Below, piece after piece: positions 57,042-64,000 of a stretch of DNA of 64,000 nucleotides. The notes under the pieces are model-generated. The model was not told where the DNA came from. It made no database searches and worked only from the letters and a program-made list of their open reading frames with translations. Numbering within the stretch: position 1 is the first letter of the stretch; each line of letters begins with the position of its first letter. Both the position numbers and the translations under genes were made by a program. The DNA comes from Christensenellaceae bacterium (GTDB lineage: Bacteria > Bacillota > Clostridia > Christensenellales > Borkfalkiaceae), in assembly GCA_045536025.1 (NCBI GenBank), contig JAZSMT010000034.1, positions 2,085 to 66,084 of the forward strand, given 5' to 3'.

Positions 57042-58313
57042 ATGTATAATGCGTTATTAGAAAAATTAAATGCCCCAACAGCTAACGAGCGCCTAATTGC
57101 ACTCAAAAACCTTATAGAGTTTGAAAAGGAAAAGCCCGTTCGCCGTGAAAAGGACGCAAACAATCACATTCACACCATTTACTCTTTTTCGCCGTATTCA
57201 CCAACTAAAGCAGCTTATATGGCTTATAAGTCTGGGCTTACTTCGGCAGGAATTATGGATCACGATTCTCTTTCTGGCGCAATTGAGTTCAAAAAAGCGT
57301 GTCAAATTCTAAATATAGGCTCTACTTGTGGCGTAGAGGTAAGAACTAAATTTAATAAGGGTTTCGGCAAGATAAACCACCCCGACCAGCCTGACTGTAT
57401 TTATATGGCGGCGCACGGTGTTCCCTCTCAAAATTTAGAAAAGTTCAACGAATATTTGGCCTTTTATCGTGAAAAAAGATATTTAAGAGATCAAAAAATG
57501 TGCGAGCTTATTACTAATAAGTACGGCAAATTCGGTTTGGGTATAGATTTTTATAAAGACGTTTATCCCCTTTCTCAAGCACGCGAAGGTGGCAGTATTA
57601 CCGAAAGGCATCTTTTATACGCACTTGCAATTAAGCTTGCAAACAAATTCGGCAAAACCAACGCTTTAGTTGAATTTTTAGGAAACGACTTAAATCTTGC
57701 CGTATCAGATAAAGTTAAGGGCTTTTTAACAGACGAAAATAATCCTCATTTCTTATACGACCTATTAGGCGTTTTAAAAGCGGATACCAAGTTTTTCTAT
57801 ATAGACGCTGACGACGAGATGCCTATTGCTGAAGACTTTATTAAGTTTGCTAAAGAAATGGGCGCTATTCCAGCCTACGCATACCTTGGCGACGTTGGCG
57901 ATTCGGTTACCGGCGATAAAAAAACGGCTAAGTTTGAAGATTCCTTCCTTGACGAGCTTGTTGTTGAGCTTAAAAAAGCAGGTTTTTTGGCGATAGCGTA
58001 TATGCCTACGAGAAACACGCCCGCTCAGCTTGAAAGAATTATGAAACTTTGTAGAGATAATAATTTCTTTGAAATCAGCGGAGAGGACATTAATTCGTCT
58101 AGGCAGAAATTTGCTTGCGAAGCGCTTGCAAAACCTGAGTTTTCGCATTTAATAAATTCTACGTGGGCGCTTATAGGCCACGAGCACGTTACTTCGACAA
58201 AAGGCGTAGAGTACGGTATGTTTAGTGAGAAAACTCTTTCTTTAACGCCAGATTTGAAAGATAGGATAGAACAGTTTGCCTCAATCGGCAGAAATACTGT
58301 TAAAAATATTTAG
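57042..58313 (+). CDS. PHP-domain protein
   Basis: NNHIHTIYSFSPYS...GIMDHDS, PHP N-terminal metal motifs; 423 aa. Confidence 0.5.
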   Translation: MYNALLEKLNAPTANERLIALKNLIEFEKEKPVRREKDANNHIHTIYSFSPYSPTKAAYMAYKSGLTSAGIMDHDSLSGAIEFKKACQILNIGSTCGVEVRTKFNKGFGKINHPDQPDCIYMAAHGVPSQNLEKFNEYLAFYREKRYLRDQKMCELITNKYGKFGLGIDFYKDVYPLSQAREGGSITERHLLYALAIKLANKFGKTNALVEFLGNDLNLAVSDKVKGFLTDENNPHFLYDLLGVLKADTKFFYIDADDEMPIAEDFIKFAKEMGAIPAYAYLGDVGDSVTGDKKTAKFEDSFLDELVVELKKAGFLAIAYMPTRNTPAQLERIMKLCRDNNFFEISGEDINSSRQKFACEALAKPEFSHLINSTWALIGHEHVTSTKGVEYGMFSEKTLSLTPDLKDRIEQFASIGRNTVKNI

Positions 58314-58321
58314 GAGACATT

Positions 58322-59098
58322 ATGAGTTTAATTGATTTAAAAAACAAAGTTGCAGTAGTTACAGGCGCAAGCCAAGGTCTTGGCGAAGCGTTAGCAAAAA
58401 GGCTTGACGAAGAAGGCTGTAAAGTTGCCGTTTGCGATATCAATATCGAAGGCGCGCAAAAGGTAGCAAGTTCGTTAAAGGACGCGATTGCAATAGCAGT
58501 TGACGTTACTAATTTTGAGCAGTTACAACAAGCGGCTAAAACGGTTATTGACAAGTGGGGCAAAGTTGATATTTTAATCAGCAACGCGGCAATCGTTAAA
58601 AGCGGTGATATCTTCTCACTTTCTCCCGAAGCATTTGCGCTTGTTACTAACATTAACTTGAACGGTTACTTTAACACCGTTAAAGCTTTTGCGCCCTATA
58701 TGCTTGAAAGAAAATGTGGTAGCATTATTCAAATTAACAGTAAATCTGGTAGAAAAGGCTCGTTTAAAAACGGCGCGTACGCTTCAAGTAAGTTTGGTGG
58801 CGTAGGCTTAACTCAAAGCTTAGCTCTTGAATTTGCTGAATCGGGCGTTAGAGTTAACTGCATTTGCCCCGGCAACCTTCTTAACTCTCCTCTTTGGGTT
58901 AACAGCTTATTTAAACAATACGCTGCAAACCAAGGCATTACTGAAGAAGAAGTTCGCGCAAAATATATTAACCAAGTTCCAATGAAACGCTCTTGCGAAT
59001 ACGAAGATATCGCAAACGCTATGGTATTTTTAGCTTCTGACCAATCTTCTTATATGACCGGTCAAGCAATCAACGTAACCGGCGGTCAACAAATGTAA
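58322..59098 (+). CDS. Short-chain dehydrogenase, sorbitol-6-phosphate dehydrogenase-like
   Basis: TGASQGLG. INSKSG...YASSKFGGVGLTQSLALE closely resembles SrlD/GutD. Confidence 0.7.
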   Translation: MSLIDLKNKVAVVTGASQGLGEALAKRLDEEGCKVAVCDINIEGAQKVASSLKDAIAIAVDVTNFEQLQQAAKTVIDKWGKVDILISNAAIVKSGDIFSLSPEAFALVTNINLNGYFNTVKAFAPYMLERKCGSIIQINSKSGRKGSFKNGAYASSKFGGVGLTQSLALEFAESGVRVNCICPGNLLNSPLWVNSLFKQYAANQGITEEEVRAKYINQVPMKRSCEYEDIANAMVFLASDQSSYMTGQAINVTGGQQM

Positions 59099-59136
59099 GC
59101 CCTGCCGTAACAATTAAAATAATAGGAGATATTTTT

Positions 59137-60390
59137 ATGAAAACAAAAGCCATTAGATTATACGGAAAAAACGACTTAAGACTTGAAGAGTTTGACTTGC
59201 CCGAAATTAAAGACGATGAAATTTTAGTTAAAATCGTTTCGGACAGTATTTGTATGTCAACCTACAAAGCAGCAATTCAAGGCGAGGACCACAAGCGCGT
59301 TCCCACCGATATATCTACTAACCCCGTAATTGTCGGCCACGAATTTTGCGGTGATATTATTAAAGTTGGCGCTAAGTGGAAAAACAAATATAAAGAGGGT
59401 GGTAAGTTCGGTATTCAACCTGCTTACGGTCCTTTACAAGCCCCAGGTTATTCCTTCCCGTACGTAGGTGGAGATTCAACCTACGCTATTATTCCTAACG
59501 AAATAATTGAAGCTGATTGCTTTATTCCTTACAATGGTGACGCTTATTATAAAGCTTCTTTAGCAGAGCCTATGTCTTGCATAATTGCCGGCTATCACGA
59601 AAACTACCACTCGGTATATGAAAACCACACACACGCAATGGGTATTAAGGAAGGTGGCGCAGTTGCAATTTTAGCAGGCGTTGGTCCTATGGGCTTAGGC
59701 GCGATTGACTACGGTATCCACTGCGATAGAAAGCCCTCGCTTATGGTAGTTACCGATATCGACCAAGCAAGGCTTGATAGAGCGGCTTCTTTATTAACGG
59801 TAGAAGACGCTGCTAAAAACGGCGTTAAGCTTATCTACGTTAATACCTCAATCGTAGATGACCCCGTTGCATACTTAAAAGAGCTTAACGGCGGTAACGG
59901 TTATGACGACGTTTTCGTTTACGCTCCCGTTTCAGCACTCGTTGAACAAGGCGACGCTATTTTAGGTCAAGGCGGTTGCTTAAACTTCTTTGCAGGCCCA
60001 ACTAACCCTCAATTTAGCGCTAAGTTCAATTTCTACGACGTACACTATATGTTCCATAGAATTACCGGCACTTCGGGCGGTAATACCGACGACTTAAAGG
60101 AAGCGCTTAAGCTTGCAGGCGAAGGCAAAATCAATCCTTCTATTATGATTTCTCACGTAGGCGGTTTAGATAGCGTTATCGACACTACTTTAAATCTTCC
60201 CAATATAAAGGGTGCTAAAAAGCTCGCTTACACTCAAATTTCTATGCCGATGACGGCTATTGCAGATTTTGCTAAGCTTGGCGAAACTGACCCCTTCTTC
60301 AAAGCCCTTGCCGATATTTGCGAGAAAAACAACGGTATTTGGTCTACCGAGGCTGAAGAATATCTTCTTAAAAATGCAAAGAGCATTTAA
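59137..60390 (+). CDS. Zinc-type medium-chain alcohol/sugar-phosphate dehydrogenase
   Basis: 417 aa containing GHEFCG and GVGPMGLG. Confidence 0.65.
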   Translation: MKTKAIRLYGKNDLRLEEFDLPEIKDDEILVKIVSDSICMSTYKAAIQGEDHKRVPTDISTNPVIVGHEFCGDIIKVGAKWKNKYKEGGKFGIQPAYGPLQAPGYSFPYVGGDSTYAIIPNEIIEADCFIPYNGDAYYKASLAEPMSCIIAGYHENYHSVYENHTHAMGIKEGGAVAILAGVGPMGLGAIDYGIHCDRKPSLMVVTDIDQARLDRAASLLTVEDAAKNGVKLIYVNTSIVDDPVAYLKELNGGNGYDDVFVYAPVSALVEQGDAILGQGGCLNFFAGPTNPQFSAKFNFYDVHYMFHRITGTSGGNTDDLKEALKLAGEGKINPSIMISHVGGLDSVIDTTLNLPNIKGAKKLAYTQISMPMTAIADFAKLGETDPFFKALADICEKNNGIWSTEAEEYLLKNAKSI

Positions 60391-60402
60391 TTATAAAGCA
60401 AT

Positions 60403-60436
60403 AAAAAGCACTCCCTTCAAGGTAGTGCTTTTTTAA
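60403..60436 (+). terminator. Intrinsic terminator
   Basis: AAAAAGCACT-loop-AGTGCTTTTTT. Confidence 0.75.
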
Positions 60437-60460
60437 TTTAAGTGATTGATTTTATATATA

Positions 60461-60489
60461 AAAACTCTCGTTTTTACAAACGAGAGTTT
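60461..60489 (-). terminator. Intrinsic terminator of prs (downstream of element D)
   Basis: Minus-sense AAACUCUCG-loop-CGAGAGUUUUU. Confidence 0.7.
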
Positions 60490-60501
60490 ATTTTTATTCG
60501 C

Positions 60502-60629
60502 TTTTAAGACGTTAGTTGCAAGTTAAAGAAGGCTCGCATAGACGGGTGGTTGCAATAGACCTTTTTGGTCATTGCAGACGCACGGCGACGGCAGAAACGC
60601 ACTTTAACGACGCAAATAACGAATTAAAA
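60502..60629 (+). repeat. Structured interspersed element, copy D (ends 1 nt from the prs stop codon)
   Basis: Blocks TTTTAAGACGTTAG, AAGGCTCGC, ATAGACC-T5-GGTCAT, GCAGAAAC and ATAACGAATTAAAA. Stems GTTAAAG/CTTTAAC, TTGC/GCAA and TTGCAAT/ATTGCA. Confidence 0.8.
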
Positions 60630-60630
60630 C

Positions 60631-61584
60631 TTAGTAGCTATTGTAAATATCAGACATCTTTCTATCGTGATAAACGTTTTCGATAGCAAGTGCGAAAAGC
60701 TTAGCACAAGATACGACTTCAATTTTATCAATCTTCTTTTCTTCGGGAAGCTGAATAGTATCTAAAACTACGAGCTTGGTGATGTGTGAATTTTTAATTC
60801 TTTCAATCGCAGGGCCACTAAATACGGCGTGCGAGCAACAAGCGTAAATTTCTTTAGCGCCGTTGTTGTAAAGGGCTTCAGCACCTTGAACGATAGTGCC
60901 TGCGGTATCAATCATATCGTCAACCATCAAGCATTTCTTGCCTTTTATATCGCCGATAATGTTCATAACTTCAAGCTGATTTGCTTTGGGACGGCGCTTA
61001 TCAATAATAGCCATCGAGCAACCGAGCTTACCAGCTACGCTTCTTGCTCTCGTAACCGAGCCAACGTCGGGCGATACGACAACGAAATCCTCGTCAACTT
61101 TATCTTTAAAATATCTAAATAAGAGAGGACCGCCCACTAAGTGGTCAACGGGAATATTGAAAAAGCCTTGAATTTGAAGAGCGTGTAAGTCCATCGTTAA
61201 AACTCTATCTGCGCCAGCAGCTTGAATAATATCTGCAACGAGTTTAGCGGTAATGGGGTCTCTAGGTCTTGCCTTTCTATCTTGACGAGCGTAACCAAAA
61301 TAAGGTATAACCGCCGTTATACGACCTGCCGACGCCCTCTTTGCCGCGTCAATCATAACGAGTAATTCCATTAAATTATCGTTAACCGGTTGCGACGTTG
61401 ATTGAATTAAGAAAACGTCTTTACCTCTTACCGTTTCGCCGAGATGAACATTTATCTCCCCATCACTGAAACGACTAACTTCGATATTGCTGAGTTGCAT
61501 ATCTAACTCTTTCGCAATTGCCTCTGCGAACGGTCTATTTGAATTGCCCGCAAAAAGCTTTATCTCTGTTCCGTGTGTTATCAT
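60631..61584 (-). CDS. prs: Ribose-phosphate pyrophosphokinase
   Basis: 317 aa containing FSDGE, YARQDRK and DDMIDTAGT. Confidence 0.95.
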   Translation of the reverse strand: MITHGTEIKLFAGNSNRPFAEAIAKELDMQLSNIEVSRFSDGEINVHLGETVRGKDVFLIQSTSQPVNDNLMELLVMIDAAKRASAGRITAVIPYFGYARQDRKARPRDPITAKLVADIIQAAGADRVLTMDLHALQIQGFFNIPVDHLVGGPLLFRYFKDKVDEDFVVVSPDVGSVTRARSVAGKLGCSMAIIDKRRPKANQLEVMNIIGDIKGKKCLMVDDMIDTAGTIVQGAEALYNNGAKEIYACCSHAVFSGPAIERIKNSHITKLVVLDTIQLPEEKKIDKIEVVSCAKLFALAIENVYHDRKMSDIYNSY

Positions 61585-61677
61585 AACTCCTCCGTAAAAA
61601 ATATTAAATTTAAGGTAATGTAACCTTATATATATTGTAATAAATTATGAAAATTAAGTCAATGAAAAGTTGATAAG

Positions 61678-62127
61678 TTATCTCTTTTCCTTAAAAAACT
61701 TTTTTAAAACTTCCGAACACTCGTTCTCGAGTATCCCACCTTCCGCGTCCGCCTTGTGATTTAAGCCACCGCTAAAAAGTATGCGATAATTACTCATAAC
61801 CGCACCGCTTTTTCGCTCGTACGCCCCAAAATATACCTTTTTAATGCGCGCGTTAACTATCGCGCCCGCGCACATAGGGCAAGGCTCTAACGTAACGTAC
61901 ATTTCAGCGCCATCAAGCCTCCAATCACCCAATTTTTTGCAGGCTTTTTTTATAGCTAAAATTTCGGCGTGGGAAGTCGCGTCCTTACTTTGATTTCGCT
62001 TGTTATACGCGCTTGCAATAACCTCGCCGTTTAAAACTATTACCGCGCCGATGGGAACTTCCCCCTCGCTACCCGCCTTATAGGCAAGTTTTAGCGCCTT
62101 TTTCATATAAAACTCAGGTGTTTTCAT
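61678..62127 (-). CDS. tadA: tRNA adenosine(34) deaminase
   Basis: 149 aa containing HAEILAI and PCPMCAGA. Confidence 0.9.
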   Translation of the reverse strand: MKTPEFYMKKALKLAYKAGSEGEVPIGAVIVLNGEVIASAYNKRNQSKDATSHAEILAIKKACKKLGDWRLDGAEMYVTLEPCPMCAGAIVNARIKKVYFGAYERKSGAVMSNYRILFSGGLNHKADAEGGILENECSEVLKKFFKEKR

Positions 62128-62597
62128 TTATGATATTTACCGTCCTCAAGTATAGTAAAAGCGCGGTATATTTGCTCGACTAGCATCAGTCTTAAAAGGG
62201 TGTGCGGAAAGGTCATATCCGATACCGAAATTCTATCGTCCGCCAGCTTTTTAACGCTTTCATCAAGCCCGTAAGAACCGCCTATTACGAAAGTTATTTC
62301 TCCGCGCAAATTCTTTGTTCTTTCAATAAAATTTGAAAGCGCTTCAGAACTATATTTTTTACCCTCGATAGCCATTGCGACCACGTGGCCTTTAAGCTCT
62401 TTTTTAATATCCTCGCCTTCGCGCTTTAGTATCTCTGCCATCTCGGAGGCGTTAGGCTCGGTTGTAATATTTTTTTCTTTTATTTCTATAACGTTTACTT
62501 TTGCATAGCGAGTTAGGCGCTTTAAATACTCGTTAATTCCCTCTTGAAAATAGCGTTCTTTAACCTTGCCCACCGCAACGATATTGATTTTAACCAT
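62124..62597 (-). CDS. rlmH: 23S rRNA (pseudouridine1915-N3)-methyltransferase
   Basis: Start moved to MVKINIVAVGK (ATGGTTAA overlap with the upstream stop); SPOUT C-terminus. Confidence 0.88.
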   Translation of the reverse strand: MVKINIVAVGKVKERYFQEGINEYLKRLTRYAKVNVIEIKEKNITTEPNASEMAEILKREGEDIKKELKGHVVAMAIEGKKYSSEALSNFIERTKNLRGEITFVIGGSYGLDESVKKLADDRISVSDMTFPHTLLRLMLVEQIYRAFTILEDGKYHK

Positions 62598-63507
62598 TGA
62601 TAAGCCCCTGTATCCAAATTGCAAGCGACGCAAGTACGCCCATAACCGCGCCAAGCAAGAAGTTAATGCGGTTAGCGCGCTTTTCATTGGGTGGTATAAC
62701 TACCGCTTTTCGTCCGTTTAACAGTATAAACAAGCCTACAAATAACGAAAGTATACCAGCTATCGTCATAATAACGTCAACCGTTCCTACAAAAACTATA
62801 TTGAAATAATAGTAGTTTAAAACGACGTATAAATTATTTATAAAGTGGATAATTACGGTATAAAGTAAATTACCGCCGTAAATTATAATAAGCGAGTATA
62901 TGCACCCCACCACGAATTGATATATCGTTTGCGCGGGTGACATATGAAAGATTGAAAATAGTGCACCCGATATAAGCGTTGCAAATATAATTCCAGTTTT
63001 AGATAGGCTTTTAAGTATCAAGCCCCTAAATAAAAACTCTTCAAAAATAGAGGGTAAAAGGCATACCGATATAATTACAAGTATTACGTTAATAGGCGTA
63101 TTCGTAGGTAGCGTAGGCGAGGAGACCTCTAAGCCTAAACTGCTTAAAACCCCAACGAAAAGCTCGTTTAATTTAGAAAGCCCAAACATCAGCCCAAAGC
63201 CGATTAAAAGGCTTGCTATCATGGGTTTTACGCTGAAATTATTAGAAAGAGTAAGAGCGATATAATTCTTTTTACTTTTGTAACGCAAAATGCCGATTGC
63301 TAAGCATATTGCAATCGGCGATAATATATAGTTAAATAGTATTACGATATCGGATGAAAAAACCGCTAAATCTTTACTAGCTATTACCGATAAAACGGTA
63401 GAATATATAATAGAACAAAGTAAAATCGAAATTACCGAAAAAGAGTATGCAAAGCCCCCGTCCTCAGAGGTAATTGTATTAAGATTTTGCTTATCACGGT
63501 TATCCAT
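62590..63507 (-). CDS. CPBP-family intramembrane glutamic endopeptidase
   Basis: EEFLFRG, FSIFH and HFINN motifs; polytopic. Confidence 0.8.
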   Translation of the reverse strand: MDNRDKQNLNTITSEDGGFAYSFSVISILLCSIIYSTVLSVIASKDLAVFSSDIVILFNYILSPIAICLAIGILRYKSKKNYIALTLSNNFSVKPMIASLLIGFGLMFGLSKLNELFVGVLSSLGLEVSSPTLPTNTPINVILVIISVCLLPSIFEEFLFRGLILKSLSKTGIIFATLISGALFSIFHMSPAQTIYQFVVGCIYSLIIIYGGNLLYTVIIHFINNLYVVLNYYYFNIVFVGTVDVIMTIAGILSLFVGLFILLNGRKAVVIPPNEKRANRINFLLGAVMGVLASLAIWIQGLING

Positions 63508-63552
63508 ACTTATATAATAACCTAAATTCTCGTTATTTTCAAGGGTTTTTAG

Positions 63553-63882
63553 CTAATCGTCTTGAAAACCGTCACAGTCTTCTTGAGGCGAGCAGTCGTC
63601 CTTGCACGAAAAACAATCTTCTTTTCGCTTGGGCGGTTTTTTACACTCGCAGTTTTCAGATAAATCAACTAGTATTACGTCGTCGCCTATTTTATGAATA
63701 CGAGAATATTTAATTTCCAAGTTTTCACAGCTTAAAAAACCACCGCGCTTGCCGGGAACTACTATTTTTAAAACCTTGCCCGATTTTTTTTCGATAATAA
63801 GGTCGGATATTTTACCTAAATTTTTACCCGACGAAATTTCTAAAACGTCTTTCTTTTTAAGTTCTTGATAGGTTATACTCAT
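63553..63882 (-). CDS. YlmC/YmxH-family PRC-barrel protein with Cys-rich C-terminal tail
   Basis: 109 aa; N-terminal LGKISDLIIEKKSGKVLKIVVPG; tail CECKKPPKRKEDCFSCKDDC. Confidence 0.7.
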   Translation of the reverse strand: MSITYQELKKKDVLEISSGKNLGKISDLIIEKKSGKVLKIVVPGKRGGFLSCENLEIKYSRIHKIGDDVILVDLSENCECKKPPKRKEDCFSCKDDCSPQEDCDGFQDD

Positions 63883-63926
63883 ACCCCTATTTTATGGCGT
63901 AATTTGTAATAATATGCAATAAATAT

Positions 63927-63996
63927 CCACGGGTGAAAACCCGTGGTATTTCATTTTAGGGGTAAAACCCCATGTTCTAGCCACGCGTAAACGCGT
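63927..63996. repeat. Three short hairpins with an ATTTCAT linker (possible edge of another hairpin array)
   Basis: CCACGGG-TGAAAA-CCCGTGG, then GTATTTCAT, then GGGG-TAAAA-CCCC, then ACGCG-TAA-ACGCGT. The window ends here. Confidence 0.5.
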
Positions 63997-64000
63997 AGTC

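Noticed and set aside
56936-57163. 75-aa minus-strand ORF overlapping the start of the PHP-domain gene.
   Set aside because: It overlaps a better-supported plus-strand gene and the promoter region, with no ribosome-binding site or recognisable motif.

Overview
64-kb chromosomal window from a moderate/low-GC Bacillota (Clostridia-like) genome. All calls come from reading the sequence and from remembered family motifs; no searches were run. Coding content is mostly housekeeping. On the minus strand lie the S10-spc ribosomal operon (rpsJ to rplF plus the start of rplR) and the rpmG-secE-nusG-rplKA / rplJL cluster. About 8 kb separates them, carrying mgtE, lipoproteins, a YdjG/YdjI-like SPFH module and an acyltransferase. 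Next come trkAH, lgt, a split chrA pair, a PHP phosphatase, tRNA-Leu(UAG), deoC, mnmE, proS and tkt. These are followed by two COG0523-type P-loop proteins (one extremely His/Cys-rich), a large Flg_new-repeat lipoprotein, gap, an M29 aminopeptidase, desulfoferrodoxin and maf-mreB-like-ppa. The rest is an atypical potABCD operon with an XRE-cupin regulator, a sugar/organic-acid catabolic island, prs, tadA, rlmH, a CPBP protease and ylmC. The unusual part is the non-coding DNA. (1) A ~128-nt interspersed element is present in four same-orientation copies, with invariant core blocks and covarying stems. Three copies abut the TAA stop of highly expressed convergent genes (rplL, rplA, prs). (2) Arrays of short covarying hairpins joined by constant 3-9 nt linkers occur at four or more loci. 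At two loci they form the upstream flank of a small four-helix-bundle (23S-IVS protein / Avd family) gene. One of these genes is bracketed by a perfect 72-bp direct repeat next to tRNA-Leu; the other is inactivated by TGG to TAG. (3) A 363-nt hairpin-rich insert splits a bidirectional terminator stem. (4) Several long terminator-containing 5' leaders match no riboswitch class I can recognise (lipoprotein gene, mgtE, potA). Protein-level oddities are an L24 with a Cys4 knuckle and a Lys-rich tail, a His/Cys-repeat COG0523 protein, and a membrane-anchored oversized PotD.
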